Origin: an uncultured delta proteobacterium
Lineage (GTDB): Bacteria > Myxococcota_A > UBA9160 > UBA4427
Assembly: GCA_963822965.1 (NCBI GenBank)
Contig: CAWGJT010000013.1
Location: forward strand, 192,001 to 256,000
DNA: 64,000 nucleotides
Reading direction: 5' to 3'
Below are positions 1 to 8,879 of the stretch, piece after piece (position 1 is the stretch's first letter; every line of letters starts with the position of its first letter). Below the pieces are notes generated by a model, which did no database searches, was not told the DNA's origin, and was given only the letters and a program-made list of their open reading frames with translations. The translations under genes were made by a program, and so were the position numbers.

Positions 1-2
1 GC

Positions 3-161
3 GTCGGCGCAGCCGCCACTCCCCCGCGCTGGCTGGTGGACGGAGACGTGGTGGAGATCGAGATCGGCGGCGTGGGCCACCTGCGGAATCACGTGCGCAA
101 CGAGCCTCGCCAGGCGGATCGGGAGAGCGACCCAGGACGAAGCCGCGGGTCGGCCGGCTAG
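3..161 (+). CDS. Fumarylacetoacetate hydrolase family protein, C-terminal fragment (5' truncated by window edge)
   Basis: Frame 3 reads VGAAATPPRWLVDGDVVEIEIGGVGHLRNHV...*, the typical FAH-family C-terminus; TAG at 159-161. Confidence 0.75.
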   Translation, partial: VGAAATPPRWLVDGDVVEIEIGGVGHLRNHVRNEPRQADRESDPGRSRGSAG

Positions 162-1030
162 ATCCCCGAGCCCTGCTCCTGCTCGTCCGAGACGTGGAGG
201 CCGCACTCCTTCGTCTCGGCACTCTCCCACCACCAGCGGCCGGCGCGCTCGTCCTCGCCGTGGGGCACGGAGCGCGTGCACGGCGCGCACCCCACCGACG
301 GATAGCCGGTCTTGTGAAGCCGGTTGACCGGGACGTTGTGACGCCGGACGTAGTCCCAGACCTGGTCCCTCGTCCAGTCGGCCAGGGGATTGACCTTGAC
401 CACGCCGCCGTTGCCCAGGTCGGCGGAGACCTTGGGCGTGTCGGCGCGGGTGAGGTTCTGATCCCGGCGCAGACCCGAGACGTAGGCGTCGAGCTGCTGC
501 ACGTAGCGACGCATGGGCGCCACCTTGCGGACGAAGCAGCAGCGCTGGCGATTCTCCAGCGACTCGTAGAACAGGTTGGCGCCCTTGGCGCGCACCATCT
601 CTTCCACGTCGTCGGCCCGGGGAAACACCACCTCCACGCGCTTGTCGTAGCGGTCGCGCACGCGGTCGATCAGGTCGTAGGTCGCCTCGTGCATGCGTCC
701 GGTGTCGAGCACGAACACCCGGCTCGCCGGCTCGATGCGGTGCATCATGTCGAGAAGCACCATGCCTTCAGGCGCGCCGAAGGAGGCCGACAGGGCCAGG
801 CGCGGGTGAAAGTTCTCGATTGCCCAGGTAAGGATCTCCTCCGCCGTCCAGCTCTCGGAGCGCCGCTCCTCGATCGAGCGCCGGACCTCCTGGGAGAGCG
901 GGGCGCGTCCCGGCGAGGCCGTTGGAGCGCTCCGGCGCGGCGTTTCGCCGGCCGCGAGGGCCTCCAGGCTGCTCGAGGACGGGGAGAAGGGCTTCGAGGG
1001 AGTGGAGCCCAGCGCTGCTCTGACTGTCAT
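158..1030 (-). CDS. cysH: Adenylyl-/phosphoadenylyl-sulfate reductase (APS-reductase type with 4Fe-4S motifs)
   Basis: LDTGR, CCFVRKVAP, SGLRRDQ, GYPSVGCAPCT and C-terminal KECGLH; ATG at 1030 after GGGAG. Confidence 0.92.
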   Translation of the reverse strand: MTVRAALGSTPSKPFSPSSSSLEALAAGETPRRSAPTASPGRAPLSQEVRRSIEERRSESWTAEEILTWAIENFHPRLALSASFGAPEGMVLLDMMHRIEPASRVFVLDTGRMHEATYDLIDRVRDRYDKRVEVVFPRADDVEEMVRAKGANLFYESLENRQRCCFVRKVAPMRRYVQQLDAYVSGLRRDQNLTRADTPKVSADLGNGGVVKVNPLADWTRDQVWDYVRRHNVPVNRLHKTGYPSVGCAPCTRSVPHGEDERAGRWWWESAETKECGLHVSDEQEQGSGI

Positions 1031-1070
1031 ACGGGGGGTCTCCCTGACCGGGTCCCGGTCGGGCGGGCGA

Positions 1071-1131
1071 ATTTCTTGATTACCGTACCGTATAGATCGC
1101 TGCAATTTACCGTGTTTGTTACCGTTGAATA
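1071..1131. promoter_or_regulatory. AT-rich region upstream of cysH with four TACCGT direct repeats
   Basis: TACCGT at 1081, 1086, 1108 and 1120 in an AT-rich island. Confidence 0.45.
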
Positions 1132-1158
1132 GCCGGCGGGTCCTGTGGCTCGCCCGGC

Positions 1159-1470
1159 TCACGCCAGCTTCTCTTCCACCGAGCGCAGCTTGTCCTCCAT
1201 GGTGGCGGGCCGGTCCCGGCGGTCGTCGATCTTGAGGACCGTGCCCACGCGCACGGCGCCCGCCTCGAATACCGCCTCCTGCATGCGTCGCACCAGGGCG
1301 AAGATCTCGTCGAGATCGCCTTCGAGGGTGGTGAACATGGGGTCGAGCCGGTAACGGACCGCCTCCTGGGCGCGGAGAACCTCGAGGGCGCGGGCCACGT
1401 AGCGGGAGACCGACGCTCCCTCGTCCCCGGTCCCCCCGGTCGGCGCGATGCTGACGGCGACGATCGCCAT
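1159..1470 (-). CDS. MTH1187/YkoF-like thiamine-binding protein family
   Basis: MAIVAVSIAP..SVSRYVA..PMFTTLEGDLDE..KIDDRRD..KLRSVEEKL. Confidence 0.85.
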   Translation of the reverse strand: MAIVAVSIAPTGGTGDEGASVSRYVARALEVLRAQEAVRYRLDPMFTTLEGDLDEIFALVRRMQEAVFEAGAVRVGTVLKIDDRRDRPATMEDKLRSVEEKLA

Positions 1471-1591
1471 GCGGGATCTCTCCTCCCCCCGCTTCTCCCT
1501 CCACGAGGTCCTCATCTCCGCGCCGGCTTCCGGAGACGGGAGCCCCGGGATCCGGGCGCTGGAGGCTCCGATGCCCGGGCGCTACCGGGCG

Positions 1592-2146
1592 TCACCGCTC
1601 GCGGGCCCCGGGTGGGCCCCCGCAGAGGGGATGGCCCCAGGGACGGATGCCGGGGGGGAGATCGCCCTCCGCCCCCTGCAGACGTTCGAGCAGCAGCGAG
1701 ACGGGCTCCCCGAGCGCCGGGTGCACGAGGTCCGGAACGAGATCGCACAGGGGCACGAGCACGAACGAGCGCTCCGGGATGCGCGGGTGGGGCACCCGAA
1801 GCCGCGGCTCGTCGATCTCGGCGTCGCCGAAGAACAGCAGGTCGAGGTCGAGGGCGCGGGCCGACCAGCGCGGGGCGTCCCCGGCCTCGCGCGACCGCCC
1901 CGCACGAGCCTCGAGGGTATGCAGCGCCGCGAGCAGGGCGGCGGGGTCCCTCTCGCTGTCGAGAGCGACCACCGCGTTGAGGTACGGACCCTGCTCGCCG
2001 GGACCCACGGGATCCGTTTCGTAGACCGGGGAGCAGGCGAGCACGTGGACGCCCGCGAGCGAGGCGAGGCCGCGCACCGCGCGCGCCAGGTGTGCGTCGC
2101 GATCGCCCAGGTTGGAGCCCAGAGCGACGTATGCGGTCTGGCCCAC
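1592..2146 (-). CDS. folK: 2-amino-4-hydroxy-6-hydroxymethyldihydropteridine diphosphokinase
   Basis: AYVALGSNLG, YETDPVG, YLNAV, RALDLDLL, LRVPHPR, RSFVLVPL. Confidence 0.95.
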   Translation of the reverse strand: MGQTAYVALGSNLGDRDAHLARAVRGLASLAGVHVLACSPVYETDPVGPGEQGPYLNAVVALDSERDPAALLAALHTLEARAGRSREAGDAPRWSARALDLDLLFFGDAEIDEPRLRVPHPRIPERSFVLVPLCDLVPDLVHPALGEPVSLLLERLQGAEGDLPPGIRPWGHPLCGGPPGARER

Positions 2147-2231
2147 GACCGTCCTCCCCGCGCCCGCCCGGATCCTTCGCGCGTTCCGTCTGCCGAATCC
2201 GGCCGCGGGAGTCTACAGCTACACTCGCGCG

Positions 2232-3563
2232 ATGGCGCCGCCGCAGACCCTTCCTCCCCGGCTGGTGACAGCGGTTCCCGGCCCCCGGTCCCGGGAGCTC
2301 GCAACGCGCCTCGCCCGGGTGGAGAGCCGCAACGTCACCTGTCTCTCGCCGCCGCCCATCTTCTGGGAGCGCGCGGCGGGGGCCAACGTGTGGGACGTCG
2401 ACGGAAATCGCTTCGTCGACCTCACCGCCGCCTTCGGGGTCGCCACCGCGGGTCATGGGCATCCGCGCATCGTGGAAGCCCTGCGTGAGCAGGCCGGCAG
2501 GCTGGTCCACGGAATGGGCGACGTTTATCCGGCGGACCGGAAGGTCGAGCTGCTCGAGGCCCTCGCCGGGCTCTATCCCGGCGCGGTGTCGAGCCCGGAG
2601 GCGCCGGCGGAGATCCGCACCATCCTGAGCTCGTCTGGCGCCGACGCCGTCGAGTCTGCGCTCAAGACCGCGATGCTCGCGACCGGACGTGCGGGGATCG
2701 TGGCCTTCGAGGGCGCCTACCACGGCCTGTCCCTCGGCGCCCTGGACGTCACCTGGCGAGCCGACTTTCGCGAGCCGTTCTCCGCACGGCTGCCGGCGCG
2801 CACGGCCTTCGCGCGCTTCGGCGACCTGGAGGACGTCCTGCGCGCCGCCCGCCGCTGCCCGGAGCCGGTAGGCGCCGTGATCGTCGAGCCGGTGCAGGGG
2901 CGAGGCGGAGAGCGGGTGCCGCCGCCGGGGTTCCTGTCGGGCCTGCGGGCGCTCTGCGATCGCGAGGGGTGGCTGCTCGTGGCCGACGAGATCTACACCG
3001 GCTTCGGACGCACGGGGCGCACCTGGGCTTGTGACCACGAAGGCGTCGTCCCCGATCTGCTGTGTGCCGGCAAGGGGCTCGCCTCGGGCATGCCCCTCTC
3101 GGCCTGCATGGGACGCGCGGCGGTCATGGACCGCGCCTGGCCGGAATCACACGGGGAGGCGCTGCACACCCAGACCTTCCTCGGCCACCCGCTGAGCTGC
3201 GCGGCCGCGCTGGCCTCGCTGGAGATCTTCCGGCAGGAGGATCTCGCGGGTCGGGCCGCGCGGACCGGCGCCCTGGCGCTGGAGCGGCTCACCGCGAAGC
3301 TCTCGGGCGCCGCGGCGGTGGCGGACGTGCGCGGGCTCGGCCTCATGATCGGCGTCGAGCTGCGATCCGGTGCCCACGCGGCGGCCGTCACGCGTCGCGC
3401 GCTCGAGCATGGGGTCATCGCGCTCCCGTCGGGCGAGGGCGGGCGGGTGCTCTCGGTGACCCCGCCGCTCGTCGTCGAAGCGGATGCCCTGCTTGCCGCC
3501 CTGGACGTCCTGATCGCCCGGGTCCACGAGACGCCGCGCGACGGGAACGAGGCCGCCACGTGA
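2232..3563 (+). CDS. Class III PLP aminotransferase (GabT/ArgD-like)
   Basis: WDVDGNRFVD, FEGAYHG, IVEPVQGRGG, DEIYTGFGRTG, PDLLCAGKGLASG. Confidence 0.9.
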   Translation: MAPPQTLPPRLVTAVPGPRSRELATRLARVESRNVTCLSPPPIFWERAAGANVWDVDGNRFVDLTAAFGVATAGHGHPRIVEALREQAGRLVHGMGDVYPADRKVELLEALAGLYPGAVSSPEAPAEIRTILSSSGADAVESALKTAMLATGRAGIVAFEGAYHGLSLGALDVTWRADFREPFSARLPARTAFARFGDLEDVLRAARRCPEPVGAVIVEPVQGRGGERVPPPGFLSGLRALCDREGWLLVADEIYTGFGRTGRTWACDHEGVVPDLLCAGKGLASGMPLSACMGRAAVMDRAWPESHGEALHTQTFLGHPLSCAAALASLEIFRQEDLAGRAARTGALALERLTAKLSGAAAVADVRGLGLMIGVELRSGAHAAAVTRRALEHGVIALPSGEGGRVLSVTPPLVVEADALLAALDVLIARVHETPRDGNEAAT

Positions 3564-4690
3564 GCGAGGGCGACCCGCAGCGCGCCGCCCTCGACGCCCG
3601 GGTCCTCGCCTGGATGCGCGAGGCGCCCTGGCAGGACGACGAAGAACGCTTCGACGCCCTGGCGCGGGAGCTGTTCGCCTTCCAGTTCGAGCACTGCGTT
3701 CCCTATCGCCGCTTCTGTCTGGCGAAGGATGTCTCGCCCGATTCGGCTCGCAGCTGGCGCGACGTTCCCGCGGTGCCGGCGGGCGCCTTCAAGGAGGTGG
3801 CGCTTCGCTGCTTCCCCGAGGCGCAGGAGCGCGCCACGTTCCGCACGAGCGGCACGAGCACGGCGCGCCGGGGCGAGCTGCATCTCGACACCCTCGCGCT
3901 CTACGAGGCGTCGCTCCTGCCGACCTTGCGCCACTTCCTCTTCCCCGACCTCGCGCCCGAGGCGCGCATGCGGATGCTCGTGCTGACCCCCTCCGCGACC
4001 GCGGTGCCGGACTCCTCCCTCTCGCACATGTTCGGATGCATGATCGATGCCCTCGGCGCGCCGGGTAGCGCCTTCTTCGTGGAAGCGGGCGCCCTGCGCA
4101 CGGACGACCTGATGGCGGCGCTCACCGACGCGGAGGGTGCCGGCGCACCCGTGGCGGTGTGCGGAACCGCGTTCGCGTTCGTGCACCTGCTCGACGCCCT
4201 GCAAGCGGCGGAGATCCGGCGCGTGCTGCCCCCTGGGAGCCGGGTGATGGAGACCGGAGGCTTCAAGGGGCGCGGCCGCCAGATGCCGCGCGAAAGCCTC
4301 TACGCCCGGATCGAGCAGCACCTCGGCGTGCCACGCGACCACATCGTGAACCAGTACGGCATGACCGAGCTCGGCAGCCAGTTCTACGACTCGGTGCTCG
4401 CCCTTCCCGGGGAGTCGCGCCGCAAGCTCGGTCCGCCCTGGGCGCGCGTGCGGCTCGTGGATCCCGAGACCGGCGACGAAGCGCGGCCCGGCCGCCCCGG
4501 CATCGTCACCGTCCACGACCTCGCCAACACGGGGAGCGTGGCCGCGGTCATGACCGCCGATCTCGGCGTCCGCATCGAGGCGGGGGAGGGCGCACCGGGC
4601 TTCGACGTGCTCGGCCGGGAGCCCGGCGCCGAGGAGCGCGGATGCTCCATCGCCGCCGACGTGATGCTCGCGGGAGGAGCGGGCGCATGA
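3560..4690 (+). CDS. LuxE-like acyl-protein synthetase
   Basis: FRTSGTS, METGGFKG, NQYGMTELGSQ, HDLAN, TADLG, LGR..GAEERGCS (acylation Cys); GTGA overlap with the upstream stop. Confidence 0.85.
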   Translation: MSEGDPQRAALDARVLAWMREAPWQDDEERFDALARELFAFQFEHCVPYRRFCLAKDVSPDSARSWRDVPAVPAGAFKEVALRCFPEAQERATFRTSGTSTARRGELHLDTLALYEASLLPTLRHFLFPDLAPEARMRMLVLTPSATAVPDSSLSHMFGCMIDALGAPGSAFFVEAGALRTDDLMAALTDAEGAGAPVAVCGTAFAFVHLLDALQAAEIRRVLPPGSRVMETGGFKGRGRQMPRESLYARIEQHLGVPRDHIVNQYGMTELGSQFYDSVLALPGESRRKLGPPWARVRLVDPETGDEARPGRPGIVTVHDLANTGSVAAVMTADLGVRIEAGEGAPGFDVLGREPGAEERGCSIAADVMLAGGAGA

Positions 4691-5952
4691 GCGGCGTCCA
4701 GGCCATCCACGCCGCCCGCGCGCGCCTCGACGCGGCGCGCGACGCCCTTCGCGCTCGGCCCCGCGAGCAGACCCTGGACGTCCTGGCCGCGCTGCTCGAC
4801 GAGTGGAGCCGACCCGACTCGCCCTGGCAGCGGCAGCTCGTCGACGAGCACGCCGCCGCCGCGGGCTTCTCGCCGGCCAACGTGCGCGAGGGCCTACAGC
4901 GGGGGCTCGCACCCTGGACGGGGAAGGCCCTGCGCGACCTGGTGGCGGGCGAGCTCGGCGCGCTCGGCCCCGCGCAGCTCGTGACCGGCTTCGACCGCAC
5001 GAGCGTCGTGCTCGCCGGCTCGATCCCCATGCCGACGTTCCTCTCCCTGCTGGCCCCTCTGGTGCTCCACTCGCCGGTGCTGGCCCGCCCCGCCTCCCGG
5101 GATCCCGTGACGCCGCGACTCTTCGTCGACAGCCTCGCCGCCCGCGATCCCGAGCTGGCCCGCTGCGTGGAGATCGTCGCGTTCCCGAAGAACGACCCGG
5201 CCTGCACGCGGGCGTTCCTCGACGCGGGGCTCGTCGTCGCCACCGGGTCGGACGAGACGGTGGCCGCCGTCGCGGGACACCTCCATCCCGGAACGCGCCT
5301 CGTCGCCAACGGTCACCGCCTCTCCCTCAGCGTGATCGGCCCGGAGGCGACGGGCTCGGACGACACCGTGCAGGCCGTCGCCGCGGCCACGGCGCTGGAC
5401 GTCGCCCTGTGGGACCAGCTCGGCTGTCTGTCGCCGGTGGCGGTCCTGTGCCAGGCGGAGCCCGCGCAGTGCGAGCGCCTGGCGGAGGCCCTCGCCGAGG
5501 CCCTCGCGAAGCTCGAGGCGGAGCTGCCCCGCGGCACCCCGGACCCCGAAGCGGCCGCCGCGATCCGACGCGAGCGGGAAGAGGCGATGATGCGCCGGGC
5601 GGCGGGCGGCGACGTCGGGATCCACGGGGATCCGCGCGGGCGCTTCACGGTCGTCCGGGAGGCGGACGACGACTGGCGTCCCGCACCCCTCCACCGCTTC
5701 GTCCGCGTGCATCCGCTGCGGAGCCGCAAAGCGCTCTGCGAAAGGGTCGCGTCGCTCGGCAGACACCTTGCCGGCGTCGCCCTCGCCGGCTTCGGCGACG
5801 AGCAGGACGCGGTCGCAGCCGCCATGGCGTCGCGCGGAGCGTCGCGCATCTGTCCGCCCGGCCGCCTCCAGGCGCCGCCCCTGTCCTGGCACCACGAGGG
5901 TCGATCGCCGCTGCTGCCCCTGGCGCGCATCTCGGATCTCGAAGCCTGCTGA
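4687..5952 (+). CDS. LuxC-like acyl-CoA reductase
   Basis: VLAGSIP, VVATGSDETV, GHRLS, DVALWDQLGCLSP (catalytic Cys), SRICPPGRLQAPPLSWHHEG; ATGA overlap. Confidence 0.85.
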   Translation: MSGVQAIHAARARLDAARDALRARPREQTLDVLAALLDEWSRPDSPWQRQLVDEHAAAAGFSPANVREGLQRGLAPWTGKALRDLVAGELGALGPAQLVTGFDRTSVVLAGSIPMPTFLSLLAPLVLHSPVLARPASRDPVTPRLFVDSLAARDPELARCVEIVAFPKNDPACTRAFLDAGLVVATGSDETVAAVAGHLHPGTRLVANGHRLSLSVIGPEATGSDDTVQAVAAATALDVALWDQLGCLSPVAVLCQAEPAQCERLAEALAEALAKLEAELPRGTPDPEAAAAIRREREEAMMRRAAGGDVGIHGDPRGRFTVVREADDDWRPAPLHRFVRVHPLRSRKALCERVASLGRHLAGVALAGFGDEQDAVAAAMASRGASRICPPGRLQAPPLSWHHEGRSPLLPLARISDLEAC

Positions 5953-5974
5953 AGCCACGACCCGGGGAGAGCCC

Positions 5975-6241
5975 ATGAGTCCGTTCCGCCCGCCCGCGAA
6001 CCGTGAGTGCACCGACAGCCTCGGCGCCGCATCCGCCTGGCTGCGGCGGGCCGGGCTGCTCGTCGCGGCAGCGACCGCCCTGATGGGCTGCGATCTCGGC
6101 TCCGCCCCGGGACCTTCCCAGACGTGCCGCGAGGCGGGCATGCAGTGCACGCTGCCCGAGGGCCCGCTCGGCGTCTGCGAGCGGACGACTTGCCCATCCG
6201 GCACGTCCGCGCCCTGCTTCCGGTGCACGCCCCAGCACTGA
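5975..6241 (+). CDS. Small Cys-rich putative lipoprotein
   Basis: GGAGA RBS; hydrophobic stretch with lipobox-like ALMGC followed by 6 further Cys. Confidence 0.55.
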   Translation: MSPFRPPANRECTDSLGAASAWLRRAGLLVAAATALMGCDLGSAPGPSQTCREAGMQCTLPEGPLGVCERTTCPSGTSAPCFRCTPQH

Positions 6242-6325
6242 GCCCGATCCGCCGGACGGTCTCCTTGCGATCCTGGGCGCGGTGTTCCTCGTCTTCCCGG
6301 CGGCGCCGGCCGGATCGGTGTCTTC

Positions 6326-6505
6326 GTGGCCTACGTCGACGGCGCCACGCCGGTGGAGCTGGACCGGGAGAGCAGCGACTCCGCCTGGTGCCCCATCCGC
6401 GAAGCCGGGGAGCGCCTGCCCCTGCCCGACCAGCGGCGCGTGCTCGATCGGGTCATCGAGAGCCTCATCCGGAAGCCTCCCGACGAGGCCCTGCGGATCG
6501 TCTGA
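6326..6505 (+). pseudogene. Possible C-terminal remnant of a Nudix-hydrolase-like gene
   Basis: GC3-biased frame (IGVF)VAYVDGATPVELDRESSDSAWCPIREAGERLPLPDQRRVLDRVIESLIRKPPDEALRIV resembles Nudix C-termini; no Nudix box or N-terminus. Confidence 0.35.
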
Positions 6506-6545
6506 AGCGCGGAGCGGCGACTTCGGGAAGGGCTATGCTGGCTCG

Positions 6546-7859
6546 ATGAGCGCAACCGCCGCGGCCCCGGCACCGACCGTCTCCGCGACCCGCTACTCGC
6601 CCGGCTATCTGCGATACGCGCTCGGTCTCCTGACCGTCGTCTACGTCATCAACTTCGTCGACCGGCAGATCCTGTCGATCCTGCTCCAGTCGATCAAGCT
6701 CGACCTCGGCCTCAGCGACTTCCAGCTGGGGCTGCTCTCGGGCACCGCTTTCGGGGTGTTCTACGCCACCCTCGGCGTGCCCATCGCCCGCCTCGCGGAC
6801 GTCTTCTCGCGGAAGGGCGTGATCGCGATCTGCCTGGCGATCTGGAGCGGCATGACCGCGCTGTGCGGCACCGCGTCGAGCTTCCTCCTGCTGCTCACCT
6901 ACCGCGTGGGCGTGGGCATCGGGGAGGCCGGCGGATCCCCTCCCTCCCACTCGCTGATCTCCGACTACTTTCCACCCCAGCGCCGCGCGACTTCCCTGAG
7001 CATCTTCTCCCTGGGCGTTCCCTTCGGAATCCTGGTGGGCTTCCTGGCAGGCGGCTGGCTGAACGAGAGCCTGGGCTGGCGCAACGCGTTCCTCGTCGTG
7101 GGCCTGCCCGGTCTGTTCCTCTCGCTGCTGGTCGCGCTCACCCTGAAGGAGCCGCCCCGCGGCAACTCGGAGGGTCTCCTCAGCACCGCGAAGGCGCCGC
7201 CCGCCCTCGAGGTGATGCGCTTCCTCTGGCGGTCGCGCTCCTTTCGCCACGTCTCCCTCGGGTCCGCGCTCTACGCGTTCGTCGGGTACTCGGTGGTGAC
7301 GTGGGCGCCGACCTTCCTGATCCGATCGCACGGCATGGAGACCGCAGCGATCGGCACGTGGCTGGCACTGATCATCGGCGCGGGCGGCGGAATCGGGACG
7401 GTGCTCGGCGGGGTCTTCGCCGACCGCTGGGCGACGCGCAACGAGAAGGGCCGGGTCTACGTTCCCGCCATCGCGCTCTTCGCCTCCTTCCCCTTCGCGT
7501 TCGTCATCTACCTGACGCCGAACACCGGACTCGCCCTGGCAGCCCTCTGCATTCCGACCCTGCTCGGCTCGATGTACCAGGGGCCGGCCTTCGCGATCAC
7601 CCAGTCGCTGGCGACCCCGATGATGCGCGCCACCGCGTCCGCCATCCTGCTCTTCGTCATCAACATCATCGGGCTGGCCGTCGGTCCCGCGGCGACCGGG
7701 CTCCTGAGCGACGCGCTCGAGCCGCGGTTCGGCGACGATTCCCTTCGCTACGCGCTGCTCTCCGTCTCCATGGTGCTCGCGTGGTCGGCATTCCACTTCT
7801 GGCGCGCTGCACCGAGCCTGGAGGCGGACGTCGAGTTCGTGAGAGCGGCGTCCCGATAG
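6546..7859 (+). CDS. MFS transporter, spinster family
   Basis: NFVDRQILSIL, PIARLAD, GVGIGEAGGSPPSHSLISDYF; about 12 hydrophobic segments. Confidence 0.92.
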   Translation: MSATAAAPAPTVSATRYSPGYLRYALGLLTVVYVINFVDRQILSILLQSIKLDLGLSDFQLGLLSGTAFGVFYATLGVPIARLADVFSRKGVIAICLAIWSGMTALCGTASSFLLLLTYRVGVGIGEAGGSPPSHSLISDYFPPQRRATSLSIFSLGVPFGILVGFLAGGWLNESLGWRNAFLVVGLPGLFLSLLVALTLKEPPRGNSEGLLSTAKAPPALEVMRFLWRSRSFRHVSLGSALYAFVGYSVVTWAPTFLIRSHGMETAAIGTWLALIIGAGGGIGTVLGGVFADRWATRNEKGRVYVPAIALFASFPFAFVIYLTPNTGLALAALCIPTLLGSMYQGPAFAITQSLATPMMRATASAILLFVINIIGLAVGPAATGLLSDALEPRFGDDSLRYALLSVSMVLAWSAFHFWRAAPSLEADVEFVRAASR

Positions 7860-7868
7860 GGGGACCCC

Positions 7869-8339
7869 ATGCGAGCCCATCGGCTCCGAGTGCTTCTCCT
7901 CTTCCTCTCCGTCGGCACCGGCCTGTCCGCGGCGGCCTGTCTGGGTCCGGTGCCCACCTTCGAAGGCGACCACCCGGCGAGGGACGTCGCGGTGATCCGG
8001 ATGGGGGTCCTGGGACGCATCCTCGAGATCGACGGCGAGCCCTGGGAGGGCAAGGCCTTCCAGGTGCTGCCGGGCGAGCATCACGTGCGCTTCTTCGTGC
8101 AGATCCGCGGTGAGGAGGTGCACGAGTTCGTCCACTACCAGCGCGCCAACTGCGAGTGCGAGGCGACCGTTCTCGCGCGCGCCGGTCGGACCTACGAGAT
8201 CGTGCGCACACCCACCAAGTACCTCGGCCGGAAGGACGAGCTGGATGTCTACCGGCAGGACTTCGGGTTCGGCATCTGGGTCCGGGACGCCCGGACCGAG
8301 GCCCTGGTCACCGAGGCGAACGGCTGCCACTGGCAGTGA
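7869..8339 (+). CDS. Hypothetical putative lipoprotein
   Basis: Signal peptide ending LSAAAC; GC3-biased codons; VLPGEHHV beta-rich segment. Confidence 0.65.
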   Translation: MRAHRLRVLLLFLSVGTGLSAAACLGPVPTFEGDHPARDVAVIRMGVLGRILEIDGEPWEGKAFQVLPGEHHVRFFVQIRGEEVHEFVHYQRANCECEATVLARAGRTYEIVRTPTKYLGRKDELDVYRQDFGFGIWVRDARTEALVTEANGCHWQ

Positions 8340-8447
8340 GCCGGGGTCGGTCCCGCGTCCGGGTGGTCTCGGCGCCGGGGTGGCGCTACCCGTGATCCCC
8401 GGTCGGGCGGCCTTCTGGGCGGGCCGGCGGCCGGCGGGGGATGCGCG

Positions 8448-8879
8448 ATGGTCGAGCCGAAGGTCGTCACCTTCTTCTACGGGTCGTACATCAACCCGGC
8501 GGTGCTCCGGGAGGTGGACCTGACTCCGGACCGGGTGGAGGTGGCCCGGCTGCCGGGGTTCGACATCGAGATCCGCCCCCTGGCGAACCTCGTGCCCTCG
8601 GATCGACACACGGTCTACGGCATCCTGGCGACGGCCACCCACGCCGAGCTCGCGCGGCTCTACGACCACGCCCGCGACGTGCTGGGCGGCGTCTACCTTC
8701 CCCGCGCCGTCCTCGCCCACACGCTCTCGGGTCCCCTGGAGCCGGCGCTCTGCTACATCGCGCCGAGCCTCGATCCCGGGCCTGCCACCGCCGCGTACGT
8801 GGAGCGGATCGCGGGACCCGCCCGCAGCTACGGGTTTCCCGCCTGGTACCTCGAGCGCGTGGAGTCGTTCCGGCCGTGA
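8448..8879 (+). CDS. Gamma-glutamylcyclotransferase (AIG2-like) family protein
   Basis: FFYGSYIN, ARLPGF, ANLVP, VYGIL, YGFPAWYL. Confidence 0.8.
   Translation: MVEPKVVTFFYGSYINPAVLREVDLTPDRVEVARLPGFDIEIRPLANLVPSDRHTVYGILATATHAELARLYDHARDVLGGVYLPRAVLAHTLSGPLEPALCYIAPSLDPGPATAAYVERIAGPARSYGFPAWYLERVESFRP

Noticed and set aside
3560..5952. Bioluminescence (lux) operon
   Set aside because: No luxA, luxB or luxD homologs in the window.
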